A DNA stretch of 64,000 nucleotides from Enoplolaimus lenunculus (Eukaryota). Of the stretch, positions 49,947 to 62,520 are shown in pieces; position 1 is the stretch's first letter; the number at the start of each line of letters is the position of its first letter. Both the position numbers and the translations under genes were made by a program. Below the pieces are notes generated by a model that saw only the letters and a list, made by a program, of their open reading frames with translations, did no database searches and was not told the DNA's origin. The DNA lies in contig JASANG010002125.1 of assembly GCA_030248215.1 (NCBI GenBank), positions 1 to 64,000 of the forward strand, in the 5' to 3' direction.

Positions 49947-52900
49947 ATGGCTGTGTATAAAAGAGGCGACACCGGGTTACCAGTCCAGATGGCAATGTTC
50001 GCGGAAAATCGTCTGCGATTGTGTGATAAACTTGTTGCCAGTAACGCGCCAAAGGGCGCGTACGTGTTACTTCAAGGTGGAACGGGTGCATGCCGATATC
50101 CGAGTTCTGATATAGAACCTGTATTTCGACAGGTCCGTTCGTAATGTGAAATGAGGAAATTTAATGAGTAGGGTTTTAGACGCGACACCGTCGATTCCGG
50201 CGAATCTGAATCGGGACTGAGCGGAAGCGAATTCAGATCTCCACGAGAGTCGACGTAGTCGTACCCCTAGATTTGCTATGGCTCATGTAACGCGGCTTCG
50301 AATGGCAGTTTACTTTTGAGACTGAAAGCATAAGTCAGTCATCATGGCTAGCTAATGCGCAAAAGAATTGCCACAAAAATTTGCAAAATAGATGAACCTG
50401 TCCACAACTACAAACTGTGCACCAGGCACACCTACGCAAACAAGAACCAGATAAAACGCAGAAGAGATAACACCACTTCTGACACGTAATACTAGCATAT
50501 ATATTGTATTTCACTTTATATAAGGGTGTCAAAAGTACGGATTTGGGTTTGGTAACATTTTTCGGTTCGATTCGACTTAGGTTTTGAAAAAACCAAATAT
50601 TAAAACCAAATTCAACGATTTTCATCAATATGTGTTTACATTTAGCAATAGATTTGGCTTCCTTAAATCGTGGATTCACTAATATCACTTTGGTAAATGC
50701 TGGTTACATGCGTATAAACTCTGAGCAGGGTGCTGTCGGAATTCCGATTCCGATTAAAATTCCGGTTCAAAACGACTTCCGACTCTAATTTCGATTGCAC
50801 AATCAATCGGAATCGAAATTTCCACATTTTAATTTTAGGTCTACATGTTGTGATATGTTGTATAAATATTCTGCATCATTTATCTATTAAATTGTTTTCG
50901 ATAAGTTAACTTAGCAATAATTGATTGTAGTTTAGCTTTGCCGAGCCAAAAATGATTGCCATTTGTTCGCGCGACGTGTTTGAGAGTTGTTGTCAGCAAA
51001 CAGACACCATAAATCAATATTATACTTGTTAATACAAATTATCCGTGTAGTCGCAAATTATTTCGTTCCGATTCCGATTCCGGTATAAATTTTCTGTTAC
51101 GATTCCGATTCCGGTATAATCCAGTTCCGCTTTGCACCCTGGTCAACACATAACACGTTTTCTTTGATTTCATTGAAACCTAGCGCTGTTTTAATGCAAC
51201 AGCTTACATATCACCACAATAATAAACGTTTTGTAAATTTTATCTTTTACGGAGGTTAGAAGGGTGGTATATAATTTACAGGAGTCATATTTTCATTGGA
51301 CGTTCGGAGCCGAAGAAGAAGGCTGTTACGGCGCAATTGAGGTGCACACTGGCAAATCGTATTTATTCATACCACGTCCGACCGATGATTTCGGAGTATG
51401 GATCGGGAAGTAAAGTTGTTTATATATTTTCTCAGAAATGAACAGTATTTTGATGCAGCTTGAAAGTCCCGTGAGTTTTGTTGAAGTTAACTTTGTATTC
51501 CAAAATTTTGACTTCCAGAGTTATATCGTTATGATACCTTCTTGTGGTCGTGTCGTGATGTGTATATAATTTGTTTTAAAGAACTTATGTTGTTTTTTTG
51601 ACAGAATATTGCCTATTGAGAATTATCGCGAAAAGTACGACCTGCAGACTGTTTACTACGCTGACGAGGTAACTGTTTGGAGTAGTGTTGAACCGATATA
51701 TAGGTATGGATATCGGATAAATCAATGTATTGGCATCGTTATTACTTTGAATTTTGCAATATTCTCAGACGTATTGAGTTTAATATAGTTCAGCGGTGCG
51801 GTTCACTCGTTCATCCTCTTGTTTCTGAGAGACACTTCAAAGGAGTTTGTCCGATCAGTCACGATGCCTTAATCGAAATTATGATTGACTTTAAAAAAGC
51901 TCCAGAAAAGTTTTGGTTTGCTAAGATGTGCAAATACAAGAAATATCTTTGCAAGTGGAACAAAACAAAATTACAGTAGATTGAATGATGGAATGCAGCG
52001 GCTTACGTTACTGACTCCTGAACGGCTATGTTTTGGAGTATAACATCAGGTAGTATTTACATCAATCACGGACAAGTTTATTTCCAATTTATGAGATTGG
52101 TGTACGAGTAAATTATCGGCATTGCTATCCCAATATCGGTATTGGTGTTTGACAGTATTGGTACAACACTGATTAATAGTGGAGGGCTTATCAACATCAA
52201 TTTTCCACTTTTGCAATGTTAAACCAAATTAAATTGCAGCGGATCTAGCGGTTACTTTCATTTTTTCTTATAGTGCAAAAGTCAGTATTTTATTGCAACA
52301 GTCACGTCTTTTTTATTTTGCTACGCTGTAGCATTTGCAATGTGTGATTAACGTAATTGAGTATGCCTTCGTATATTTTAGATGACGGCCATGTTTGAGT
52401 CTTTCAAGCCAACCGTACTTTTATTGCTCGTAAGTTTTCTATCGCTATGTTATAAGAAACATTTTATATGTATAACTTGCGGCCACGAATTCATTGTTGG
52501 GTTTCAGTCATGCGCTTTGTTGTGCTCTTGTTGCATCTTGAAATAACTATTCGTTTTATTCGTACATTACTGGTATGTAATTTATTTACTTTTTTTAGTT
52601 CTGTTATATCATCTACTGTTGGTTTTAGAATGGCACTAACACCGACAATCGTTTAGAAGTGCCTCCTGCACACTTTGATGGAATCGAAAAGTAAGCAAGT
52701 TTTGAAATGTTTTTGTAACAAAAAATTGTTTTACATGTAAGTATCAGTCAAAATGACGAGTTTATTGCAGCTGCTGGTCCGTTCAGTGTATTAAAATTTT
52801 TGTATACACATTTTGTACGTTTAAGTTTTCGCATGTGATTATTCTAAAATCACTTGCCTGTACATCACTTTCTGATTTGCATTTACATCACTGTCAAAGT

Positions 52901-55900
52901 TCGTATGGATGTTCCGGTTCCAGTTTTATATGTTGGCAGCTTTTTGCAACCTGGTTCTGTAGAAGACGCTACTTTGCATTCGCTACTTCTGTTATTACTG
53001 CAATGGGCCATGGTTACATTTTTGTCAATTTTTATTTGATGTCATTAAAGTTTCATATATGAGTTCTTTTATTATACGAAAACATTTATCCTCAGTAAAT
53101 GGGGCGTTATGGGAATTTTTGTAAAAGTTCTAGTTCCAGTTTAGCACATTCCGGTTCCGGTTCTTAAGTAGGTTTCAGTCGAATCTTGATCGCAGCAGCA
53201 TGCATTAATTGTTTTTCAGGTATAATGTTGACACACAGTTGCTATGGGAGAACATCAATGAATGGTAATTTTTGGTTTCATTCTACGTTTATTAGAATCT
53301 TCAAACTGTGTTTCATCGTTCTTCAGACTGTTATAGCTTTGTATGCCGGCGCTCCATTCGAGAATAGGACATAAAATTAACTTATTTCAAATAGGAATAA
53401 CTCCAGTAATTTTTGTTTATTTATTATAGTCGAGTTATAAAGTCCCAAAAAGAAATAGAGCTTCTTCGTTATGTTTCCAAAGTTTCCATGGATGCTCACA
53501 AACAGGTAAATTGACTGGCAATTCTGTATTATGTAGGGTATAGTTTTATGTTTATTTAAATTTGGCTGCTTATTTCTGTCTTAATTCAAAAGTTAAGACA
53601 CTTTATCTGGAAAAGTAAATTTATGAGAGAAAACTGTCATATAATGCTGTCTTTCAAAGCTTATTTGAAATTGGTAGATAACCTGGCTTATTTCGCTGAT
53701 TCATGAAATAAACTACACTTGCAAATGCAGGTATAGCGACATAGCCGTTTGCGTTGAGTTATATAACCATATACTTAATACGCTTACGCATATGTCATTT
53801 TAACGTGCACAATTTTTTGTTTTAGATAATGAAAAAAATCAAAGCTGGTATGTACGAGTTCCAAATCGAAAGGTATATAATAATGTTTTAATATCTTAAG
53901 AATGTTATTTGCTTTGGTTATCGATTAATTAATTTTATTGTTACTAATCAATGTAGTTGCAGTATTTCCAATAGTAATAAATTGTTAAACTAATGCAGCA
54001 TTATTTCCATATCTTGACAGATTAGTTTATTCTAACTTCTATTTACATGAAATTGTATCATTTATTTACACGTATTTATATACCCCTAAAAATAGCTGGA
54101 ACTGGGCCAAAATTACATATCGGTGGCGTTCCAGAATATTAATTTAACAAATACACTTCAGTCAGTATTTTATCAAGACGCTACTGTTTTAGACAATATA
54201 GCGCCGAAATTTATATTACCACAGAAAGCAGTGTACATGTAATTGGTTACGTTACAGTATCCTTGTTTTAGGTCTTGCTTTAGTTGATGGGCGCTGTGTG
54301 TTTCTTAATTTTAGCTTGTTCAAATATTTGACTGGTTATTTTGGAGGTGCTAGAATTACGGCTTACAACTGTATATGTGCAACGTAAGTGATGCTGTATT
54401 GTCACTATTGTGTAGTATGATAAACGTCTCGTTATTATGAATAATGTGTTGTGTTTCGTCTTATTTGTTAGTGTTGGACGGCTGTTTTGAGAATGCGACG
54501 AGCCACCTGTCAAGTATGGCTTAACCTTAAGCTGTTTACATTGAAGAGAAAGGTATATTTGCAATTAAGGTCGGGTTAAACTCAGTTAATTTCATAATGT
54601 GTATGGTGTATATGGTTACTGATTTTATTTTGATGGATTATAACGGTTAGGTTGAAGATATGGAAGTGATTAATTTTAAATTTTAATATATTTCATTGTC
54701 GTTATAATATGCATTCAGAGGTGAAAATGGATCCGTTCTTCATTTTGTGACATGCTCGCGAAAATTTAAAGACGGCGATATGTGGTAGGGTTAGCAAAAT
54801 ATAATTTATTTGACAGGCTAGTTATATTTAATTCCAAAACGTGCGACAAAGTCTAGATATTCTAAACAATTACTTAACCAATTTATTGTTTCTAGAAGCA
54901 TAATGCTAAATAAATACTGAGTCGCTGATCAAATTTGCTGCGTTGTATGTTAACTCAGTCCAAGCGTATTAACTTTTATTTAATTGAAATTTTAGACTGA
55001 TGCAGCCTACGTAATATAAAGCAAAGCTATAGCGATGGCTTCTTTGTTATGCCATAGGATCAAAGTTGAAATTTATTTCATTTTACTCAAAAAAAGTAAG
55101 GCACTGTTGGATAACATGTGCGTTTTAAGTATTTGCTTAAGCGTAATTTAAGTAAATTATTCAGTAAAATTTCGGAAACTCAGCCATTGTTTGATGTGTT
55201 TCCAATTCAGCTTGTTTGACATGGGTGCCGAATATTGCTGCTACGCATCGGATATAACTTGTTCATTCCCAGTTAATGGCAGATTCACGGACGACCAAAA
55301 ACTAATCTACAACGCGGTGCTGGATTCGAATCGAACTGTGATGGCTGCGCTTAAGCCAGGTAAAGCCGTTAGAAATATTTTATTTAGTACATTTGGAAGT
55401 AAATTGGTTGTCCACTATCTTTTGATTTTGTGCAAAATGAAAATTCAGGAAAGTTTTCTAATGTGCTTAACCATTGGTGGAACAAATGAACTCGATGATT
55501 CAAAATAGTTTTATTTTTGAGAATTGTGTCTTGTGACGTGGTTGCTTTGAAAATCTTGGCGAGTCTGAGGTATCCTTAATGGGTTAATCCAAGGACAAAA
55601 GTTACAATTAAGTACGAAAAAGATTGCTGCTTTCAATATTTTATATAAATAATGCGTCTTGAAAGAAATTGTGAACGACTGAAAATTGCGTTTGGTACAA
55701 ACTTAAGTAGTGTAACACAAAGGTTAAACAAACGCTGCTGTAGATTTTTTAGAAGAGTCAACTGTCTCAGTTCTCTTTCTTAACACGTGTGTATTATATT
55801 TTTGTGTTAGGGGTGAACTGGGTTGAAATGCACAAATTGTCAGAGCGTGTCATTTTGCAACATTTGGTGAAAGGTGGGCTCTTGAAAAACGAAGCCATTG

Positions 55901-57445
55901 ACGCAATGATGGCTGTTCGCTTGGGTGCTGTGTTTATGCCTCATGGTCTCGGACATTTTATGGGTGTCGACGTCCATGATTGTGGCGGATATCCTAAGGT
56001 AGTTATGCGTTGTAGAATTAGACTCAAAATAAATTTTCATGATGCAACCGAATATCCGGCGCTGAGAGAGATTGAACATCCGACTTCGATATTCTACACT
56101 ACCGCATATTTGATCACACGCAATGTCTGTATTAAACTAGTTTTATTTTTCTATAGTATAAAATATTAACGGTTTCAGGGCACACAAAGACATCCAGAGC
56201 CAGGTTTAAAATCGCTGCGGACGGTACGCGATCTCGTTGCAGGGATGGTGATTACTGTTGAACCTGGATGCTACTTCATTGATCATGTACGTTTTTACTT
56301 GTGCTATATTGAAAAATATTTCAAAATGTTTAACAATTTTTAATACCACCAGTTTTTTTGTATTAGCTGAGGTACAGAGACGAGAGTTAAGTTCTACTGT
56401 GACTTAAGACGACATTTGACATACGTTTGTTGCTTTAACTTAAGTCAAAGGTTGGTTCTCAACAAAGATTTCTGTTTGTAACATTAATCGACGTTGCAAA
56501 AACTGGCACTATTTCTGAGCTTTCGGTCCTGACTATGCAGTAAAATAAATAACTCGGCAGGAAATACGTATTCATAGAAGCTTTTGACCTTAAACATATG
56601 TTTTTTGGCGAGTTAAAAATCGATTAAAGTTGTAGGCCGACATATCTTGTACCGGCACTGTCTCTGCGACAAAGCCACTGTTTTTAGTTGTATGAATGAA
56701 CATCAGTGTTGAAACGTTACAACAGTTTAATAATTCTCTTTGTGTTTTTTGAATTTTTTATTTCAAGGTAAATTTTGACTATTTATCGTACCTTGATAGC
56801 TGGCGTGTGAAGTTAAAACTAAATTAATGTTGTATATTCTTTTGGTGAATTGCTGTTTCAGCTTCTCGACAAAGCATTCTCCAATCCTGAGTTGGCAAAA
56901 TTCTTAATTCCTGAAGCAATAAATCGATTCCGTGACACTGGAGGGGTACGCTCGTGTTCTGTTTGCCATAATTCTGTTATACGAAAATGTTTCATATCTT
57001 GTTAACAGAAAATTTGAAATAGACAAATTTTTAACAAAGCATAATATAACAAATGTTGAGTGAATGTCTGTCAAGCGATATCAAACAAAACCTTTTGCCG
57101 TGCTAAGGTGAAATTATAGTCTGCTTTACATCCTGAAATAATCTTTTAGTATGTTTGGCTGGTCATTAATTAGCGGAAAAACAGCGATAAATTATGTGTC
57201 AGTGTCATGTACTTGGAATATTAACGTGATATTTGTGAGTAATAATTGTAGCACTGGTTTGAGATGTGAAAAACGGATTACATTTTACTGGTATTTCCTA
57301 ATTTTAGGTTCGCATTGAAGACGATGTGTTGATCACTGAAACTGGCTGCGAAAATTTGTCGGGAGACTTACCGCGAACAGTTGAAGAAATCGAAGCGTTC
57401 ATGGCCGATAAAAGCGGAGTTGTACAATCGATTAAATTTGGTTGA
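49947..57445 (+). CDS. PEPD: Xaa-Pro dipeptidase (prolidase, peptidase M24B), ~485 aa
   Basis: Exons 49947-50132, 51282-51409, 51605-51668, 52382-52429, 52629-52690, 53220-53264, 53430-53505, 53826-53872, 54315-54383, 54719-54784, 55211-55359, 55811-55998, 56179-56286, 56862-56945, 57308-57445 (1458 nt). Motifs [56 protein letters not shown], with all five metal ligands present. An AG acceptor lies 1 nt before the ATG, so an upstream exon or trans-splicing is possible. Confidence 0.97.
50726..51141. mobile_element. hAT-like element remnant in PEPD intron 1
   Basis: Ends cagggtgc / gcaccctg with repeated subterminal ttccga/ttccgg motifs. TSD not recognisable. Confidence 0.5.
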
Positions 57446-57555
57446 AATTTATGATGCTCAAGTTACTCTGGTTTATGATGTTTTGTGTTTTTTAAATTGG
57501 TTTTGAAAGTGTAATTTGTCCGCCTACCGAATCTAAGCAATGATTTATGTGTGCC

Positions 57556-57587
57556 AATAAAGACTGTAACAGTGGAACTTTAATAAA
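57556..57587 (+). terminator. Candidate PEPD polyadenylation signals
   Basis: AATAAA at 57556-57561 and 57582-57587, 110-140 nt after the stop, followed by GT/T-rich sequence. Confidence 0.55.
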
Positions 57588-58133
57588 ATAAGAGTTGAGA
57601 TTTGGTATTGTTTTCAAATTTTGAACATGAACCTTTTAGAAGTTGGGCCGATGTATAGAAAAGGGCGATAACAGTAGTATAAGCTTATGTCTAAACAAAA
57701 AAGCTTGAAGTTACTTTTTTGTACTTTCGCGGAAAAACGGTCCACCCCGATCTTTACATGGGCCAAAAAGTGAAAAGACGTGATCATATTTATATTAAAA
57801 ACATATTTGTACTTTTTTGGCACTGATTGTGAAAACTGAAATGTGGGTAACGGAAACATAATGAACTAAGTTTGCTGTTTTCGATTTGAAAAATTAACTG
57901 TTTTTCTTGTTTGATGTTCGTTTACAACAAACGCTAATTATTTATTATGGAATCTGTTTATTGTTGCTATTACTGATTTATAATTTTATTTATTGTTGAA
58001 CTAAACATCGTTATCAAAGTAAATATTTGGCTCAGCGTTTTGGAGGGCGATAGCAAATCATACAATATTGCATTGCTAAATAAACAAAAAATGTGCACAG
58101 ACATGTGCGATAAGCCTTTTTACACAAATTTGT

Positions 58134-60206
58134 TTACGTATTAGTATTTTGTCTGTTAACGTAGTATCGTAAACGGAAGTCTACGCTGCGTTTAATTTCT
58201 TTTGAGAGCGTACCAGGTAGTGCTAGCATTTCTGGAAAACACCGATCAAATTGTAATTCGTTGAGATATGTAAACGGGTTCTCATTGGTTGTTTGGGATG
58301 CCGTGGAGGCTGCTTGACTATTATGCGAGTGTTGTTGAATTGAACGCACTAAATTGGAATACAGAGGTATTACCGGAGCGGTATGGTATCGAGCATTGCA
58401 AGTAGCAGCTCGCCAGAATTGCAGCGAATCACAGTTGGTGTCAGTACATGTATGAATGATGCTGGGGCAACCTTTGGTAAGTATTAATCCGGTGAGATAT
58501 TCTATCACGATTGAGCGGAGCCGCTGTGCTAAAAGCAATTTATCTATAAGTTAGTCAATCACAGATAGTCTGACAAATTCCGCAGTCTGTAAAAGTGCCA
58601 CCTAGACTCAGCACTTATGGAGGTTGATTAGAATTTGGTTGCAAAGATTTTTACCGTCGGTTGTCTACTTTGAACCTTCATCAAACTATACCTTCAACTA
58701 AAAATGTTGCTAATATTTATAACAATCAGCGCTAAACGCTAAGACTCGTAACATATGTTTGTTCATTATACAAAATACATTTAACATTTAAACTTCAGCC
58801 TAAGCCCAATTCTGGCAAATTACAAACTAAAGCTTGCCATTCCAAGCATTTAGTTTGGTCCCGTTCCGTACATGGACGAAACTACAGATACATGCGATGA
58901 GGCGTAAATTGCCAAAAACCATTCAGACTTTTTCTTTACCTTTATCCACAATTCGACAAATGTTTGGTCGAGCATAATCGGTATCATTTGCATCGCATGC
59001 ACCGTGAAATCTTGGAAAATAAACCCAGTCGCGTGTTTCGCGACCTGTTTCCAAAGCTTCGTCTGTCGATTGACAGTACAATCGTCTTCCTGTGGAAGCT
59101 ACATTGAAAATCCAAGGATGATCAATGTATGTCCATATTTCTACTGTTTCACCAGGTCCAAGCGTTGAGTAACGTACCATTGAGCCCTAGAGCAGTAACA
59201 ATATGGCTCTCATACAAAATAGTGGAATTTATTTGGCTCGGACCCGTAGCCTAGGGGAAGGCAAGGGGTGATATTTCTACTGTTTCATCAGGTCCAAGCG
59301 TTGAGTAACGTACAATTGAGCCCTAAAGTAGTAACAATATGGCTCTCATACAAAATAGTGGAATTTATTTGACTCGGACCCGTAGCCTAGACGAAGACAA
59401 GGGGTGGTCGCCCCCTTGAAAAATTTTGGCCCCCAGAAAATATTCAACGTTGGTTGTATGTCATTGAAAATTCTTGTATGGACCTCTTGAAAAGTTTTTA
59501 GCCCCCCTAGCACAAGGTGAATTGGCTACGGGTCTTGTTTGGCTGCAACAGAATGTTATTCCTTATCATTGCCCGTTTCTGCTCGTCTATTTTAGCCAAA
59601 CTAGTTCTATACCTCTCTGAGCTAGGAGTATCAACCTCTCAGGGCTGAGAGTATCAAAACGGGTGCACAACATATTGGATTGCTTTCTGATTTAATCCCC
59701 GTATCCATTTGAATGTACTGATCTCAAATTCTTGCACGCTGTAGACCCACATAACTCAATGTTAAAATATTGAAAGTTCAAATTGCCTCGCATTCATAAA
59801 ATGCTTTTTTGTGTTTATCCTATCTGCGATGATGCATTTTACAGCCAGTTGGCTAGGAAAACTTGAAAACACATCATGAGCTTCTGACGAATAATTTGCA
59901 TTCAGTGTACGGTACATTATTTGGCCAATGAATAGAACAGGGCCGTAGTAAAAGCATATTCGTAAGCCTAAGCCTAAGTTTAAGTGTAAGCTGAAGTCTA
60001 AGCAAAAAATCATCTAAAGCTTAATCTGACTCTGTTGCAGGTCCGCAGAAAAACGTTCCGCCCCTGAATATTACAAGGAAACATTGTGCTGATACACTAA
60101 CCGCGAAATCAATCCAATTTACATCGACGTGGCATCCAGTGGAGTTTACGAAGCTCACCAAAATTGAAATATCTGATAGTTGAGACCGCAACGAACCAGA
60201 TTCCAT
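58134..60206 (-). CDS. VHL: von Hippel-Lindau protein homolog (Cullin-2 E3 substrate receptor), ~248 aa
   Basis: Exons 60206-60102, 59186-58940, 58528-58134, phases 0 and 1 compatible. Beta domain LRS...VSFVNSTGCHVDVNWIDFAGSMVRYSTLGPGETVEIWTYIDHPWIF retains the W/Y/T-Y/H-x-W hydroxyproline-pocket pattern. BC-box-like AQRLRSIVIEYL and cullin-box-like LALPGTLSKEI. Confidence 0.88.
59135..59406. repeat. 136-bp tandem duplication spanning the VHL intron 1/exon 2 boundary
   Basis: 59135-59270 and 59271-59406 are near-identical (atatttctactgtttca...caaggggtg). Confidence 0.95.
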
Positions 60207-60887
60207 GTTCGTTTGTGAATAATCACACCAGTGCACCAGTCCAATCACTAAACGTGTACAAATTTGCCGTTTGCGTATATTTTATATGAAAAAAATAAAA
60301 AAAACAACTGAATGTAAAAACAATTTTCGCAAATAAAAATGAAAAGTTATACACACGAATTTCAGTATAAAACTTTTTCTGTTGCGCGTATTTGAGGCTC
60401 TCGGCCCATGTAAACAACAGGGGCGGAACGTTTTTCTGTGGGACTGCAATAGAGTAAGCTTAAGGTTTAGACTATTTTTTGCTTGGCTTTGGCTTTGGCT
60501 TAGGCTTAGGAATAAACTCATTCTACGCTTAGTCTTAGGCTTTGAAATAAGCTTATAATACTGTTCCGCCCGTGTTCTTGCCATTGGCCGACCTCTTTTA
60601 CACTCCCACCGCAGTCACAGATGCCTAAGCCTGATCTTGGGTCTAAGTTATGGCCAAATCTGAAGGCGCATTTTCAACTTATTCCGCAGCTTTAAAACGA
60701 ACGGCAAGACGCAAAGATTCTAAATTGCTGATGAATTTTCAGCAAAGGGTACTAATGTGTTGTTTCCTTTAATAACAACTACTACTCTCGCGAACAAACT
60801 CATGGATGTAATTTTTAATTTTTAAGCTTAATGAGTATCTTATATCCAAAAATGCCGGTAGGTCTATGTTTGACGCATAAAGATGTC

Positions 60888-61099
60888 GGTCCATGTAAAG
60901 ATCTGGGGCCGAACGTTTTTCTGTGGGACTAGAATAGAGTAAACTTAAACTTAAGACTAATTTATTTGCTTGACTTAGGCTTACGTTTAGCATTTGGAAT
61001 ATGCTCATTCTTACGCTTATGCTTCGGCCTAGGCTTACTGAGGCTTAGGCTTAGGAATATGCTTATAATACTGTTCCGCCCCTGTTCTTTAGATTGGCC
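60888..61099 (+). mobile_element. TTAGGC-array MITE (family A); neighbouring copies 57646-57764, 59923-~60080, 60403-60589, ~63422-63620
   Basis: Family termini with perfect 8-bp TSD aagatgtc (60880-60887, 61100-61107). Confidence 0.88.
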
Positions 61100-62520
61100 A
61101 AGATGTCAAACTATCTTATGCCGTGAGAGCCATAAAAGATTATGGGAACCAAAATTACCGTTCGGCAAAACAAACCATTGCAATATCTTAATGCCTAAAA
61201 CTAACAATTTACTCAGGACCTAAACTATGTGTCAGCAGCCATTGCTGAGATTGTGATGCCACACGCAAAATTGGCTTGTGTGCATACCTCTATTTTTTAC
61301 TGTAAAATTTACAATTTCAATGCTAAACAGAGATGTTTTGTACCTTATTGTATGTATACAAGAAGCCATTAATCAAAAACGCTGACCTAAGAAGGGAAAT
61401 AGCCTGGATTTCAGGCTGCAACCGAGTGTGAAAAACACCGGAACCGGGACCGGAGGTCAACAAAACTTGCCTTTGTCGAATATGATGCCGGAGGTAATGC
61501 GAAATCATGTAGTTGAAACAGTGTTTCGTTTTTTTAATTTTAGCAAATATCTACGCCTAAAGCGTTGTCAAAAATGTTGGCTTTCTGTTTATTTTTTAAG
61601 AAATCTCCCCGAATTCTTGTCAAAATTGTATCAAAACTTATAGTCAAACACACCGAACGATACAATATTTGTAAAACTGTAAAATATTTCATTACCGAAA
61701 TTGGCGGAACCTCCGGCGAAAATTCTACCGGAACCGGAGGTTGATCTTCTGACGGAGCCAAAAACGGACTCTGCTGGATTCATTTCGATGGTAAACCTCA
61801 TGTGAAAGAAATTGTGTTACTTACACGATTCAAAAGCTTATTCTAACGCCTACTGAAAGTTTTTCAAGCGTACCTGCAGAAATTTTTGGAAGTGCATATG
61901 TATTCTCTACGCTGCAAAAAATATTGAGTCAAATTGAGTGTTTCCGAAATAGGCTCTACGAGACTACACAAACTGAGAGTCCAATTCGATTCCGCCAGAG
62001 TCAAACGTGCGACTAAGTCGAATTTGACTCATTGTGTGTAGTTTTGTAGAGCTCATTTCGGACAAAGTCAATTTGACTCACCATTTTTTTGCAGTGTATT
62101 CCCTTTCTTGTATACGACCCTGAATCGCATTTAGTAAGCAATTGAATGATGATGTTCAAAAACAACAGCAATGTGTATGCATATTTAATCAAAACAGATT
62201 TTGATAAATATTAAATGTTCAACTGGTATTTGTTATGGACTTAAATTTTATTGACATTTTAACGGTTCAAACATGTGGTGCCAATCAATACGAATATTTT
62301 AAATCCCCAACAACGCTTGCGGTGAATTCAAAAAGTATATTTCAAAAACAACAGTCGTTAACTCGTGTTCTAGCAGATAGGCAAGCATTAAAATCTAAGG
62401 CCCACACACACTTTTTTACTCAACAAATACAGCCACAAATATACCGTAAATACTAGGGAGGCGGAACTGGCAGCTGCAATTTATTCATGACGCAAAATAC
62501 TCCAAATTATGTATGTGAAC

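Noticed and set aside
52833..53062. Intronic ORF or C/D snoRNA-like boxes in PEPD intron 5, and a similar box pair at ~44045-44140 on the minus strand
   Set aside because: PEPD exons 5 and 6 join in frame without it, the C boxes are imperfect, and no rRNA guide complementarity could be verified by eye.
58529..58590. Alternative VHL exon 3 acceptor (ttttacag at ~58587)
   Set aside because: Splicing there from the phase-1 donor shifts the frame relative to the BC-box ORF and meets a stop. The 58528 acceptor keeps the frame.
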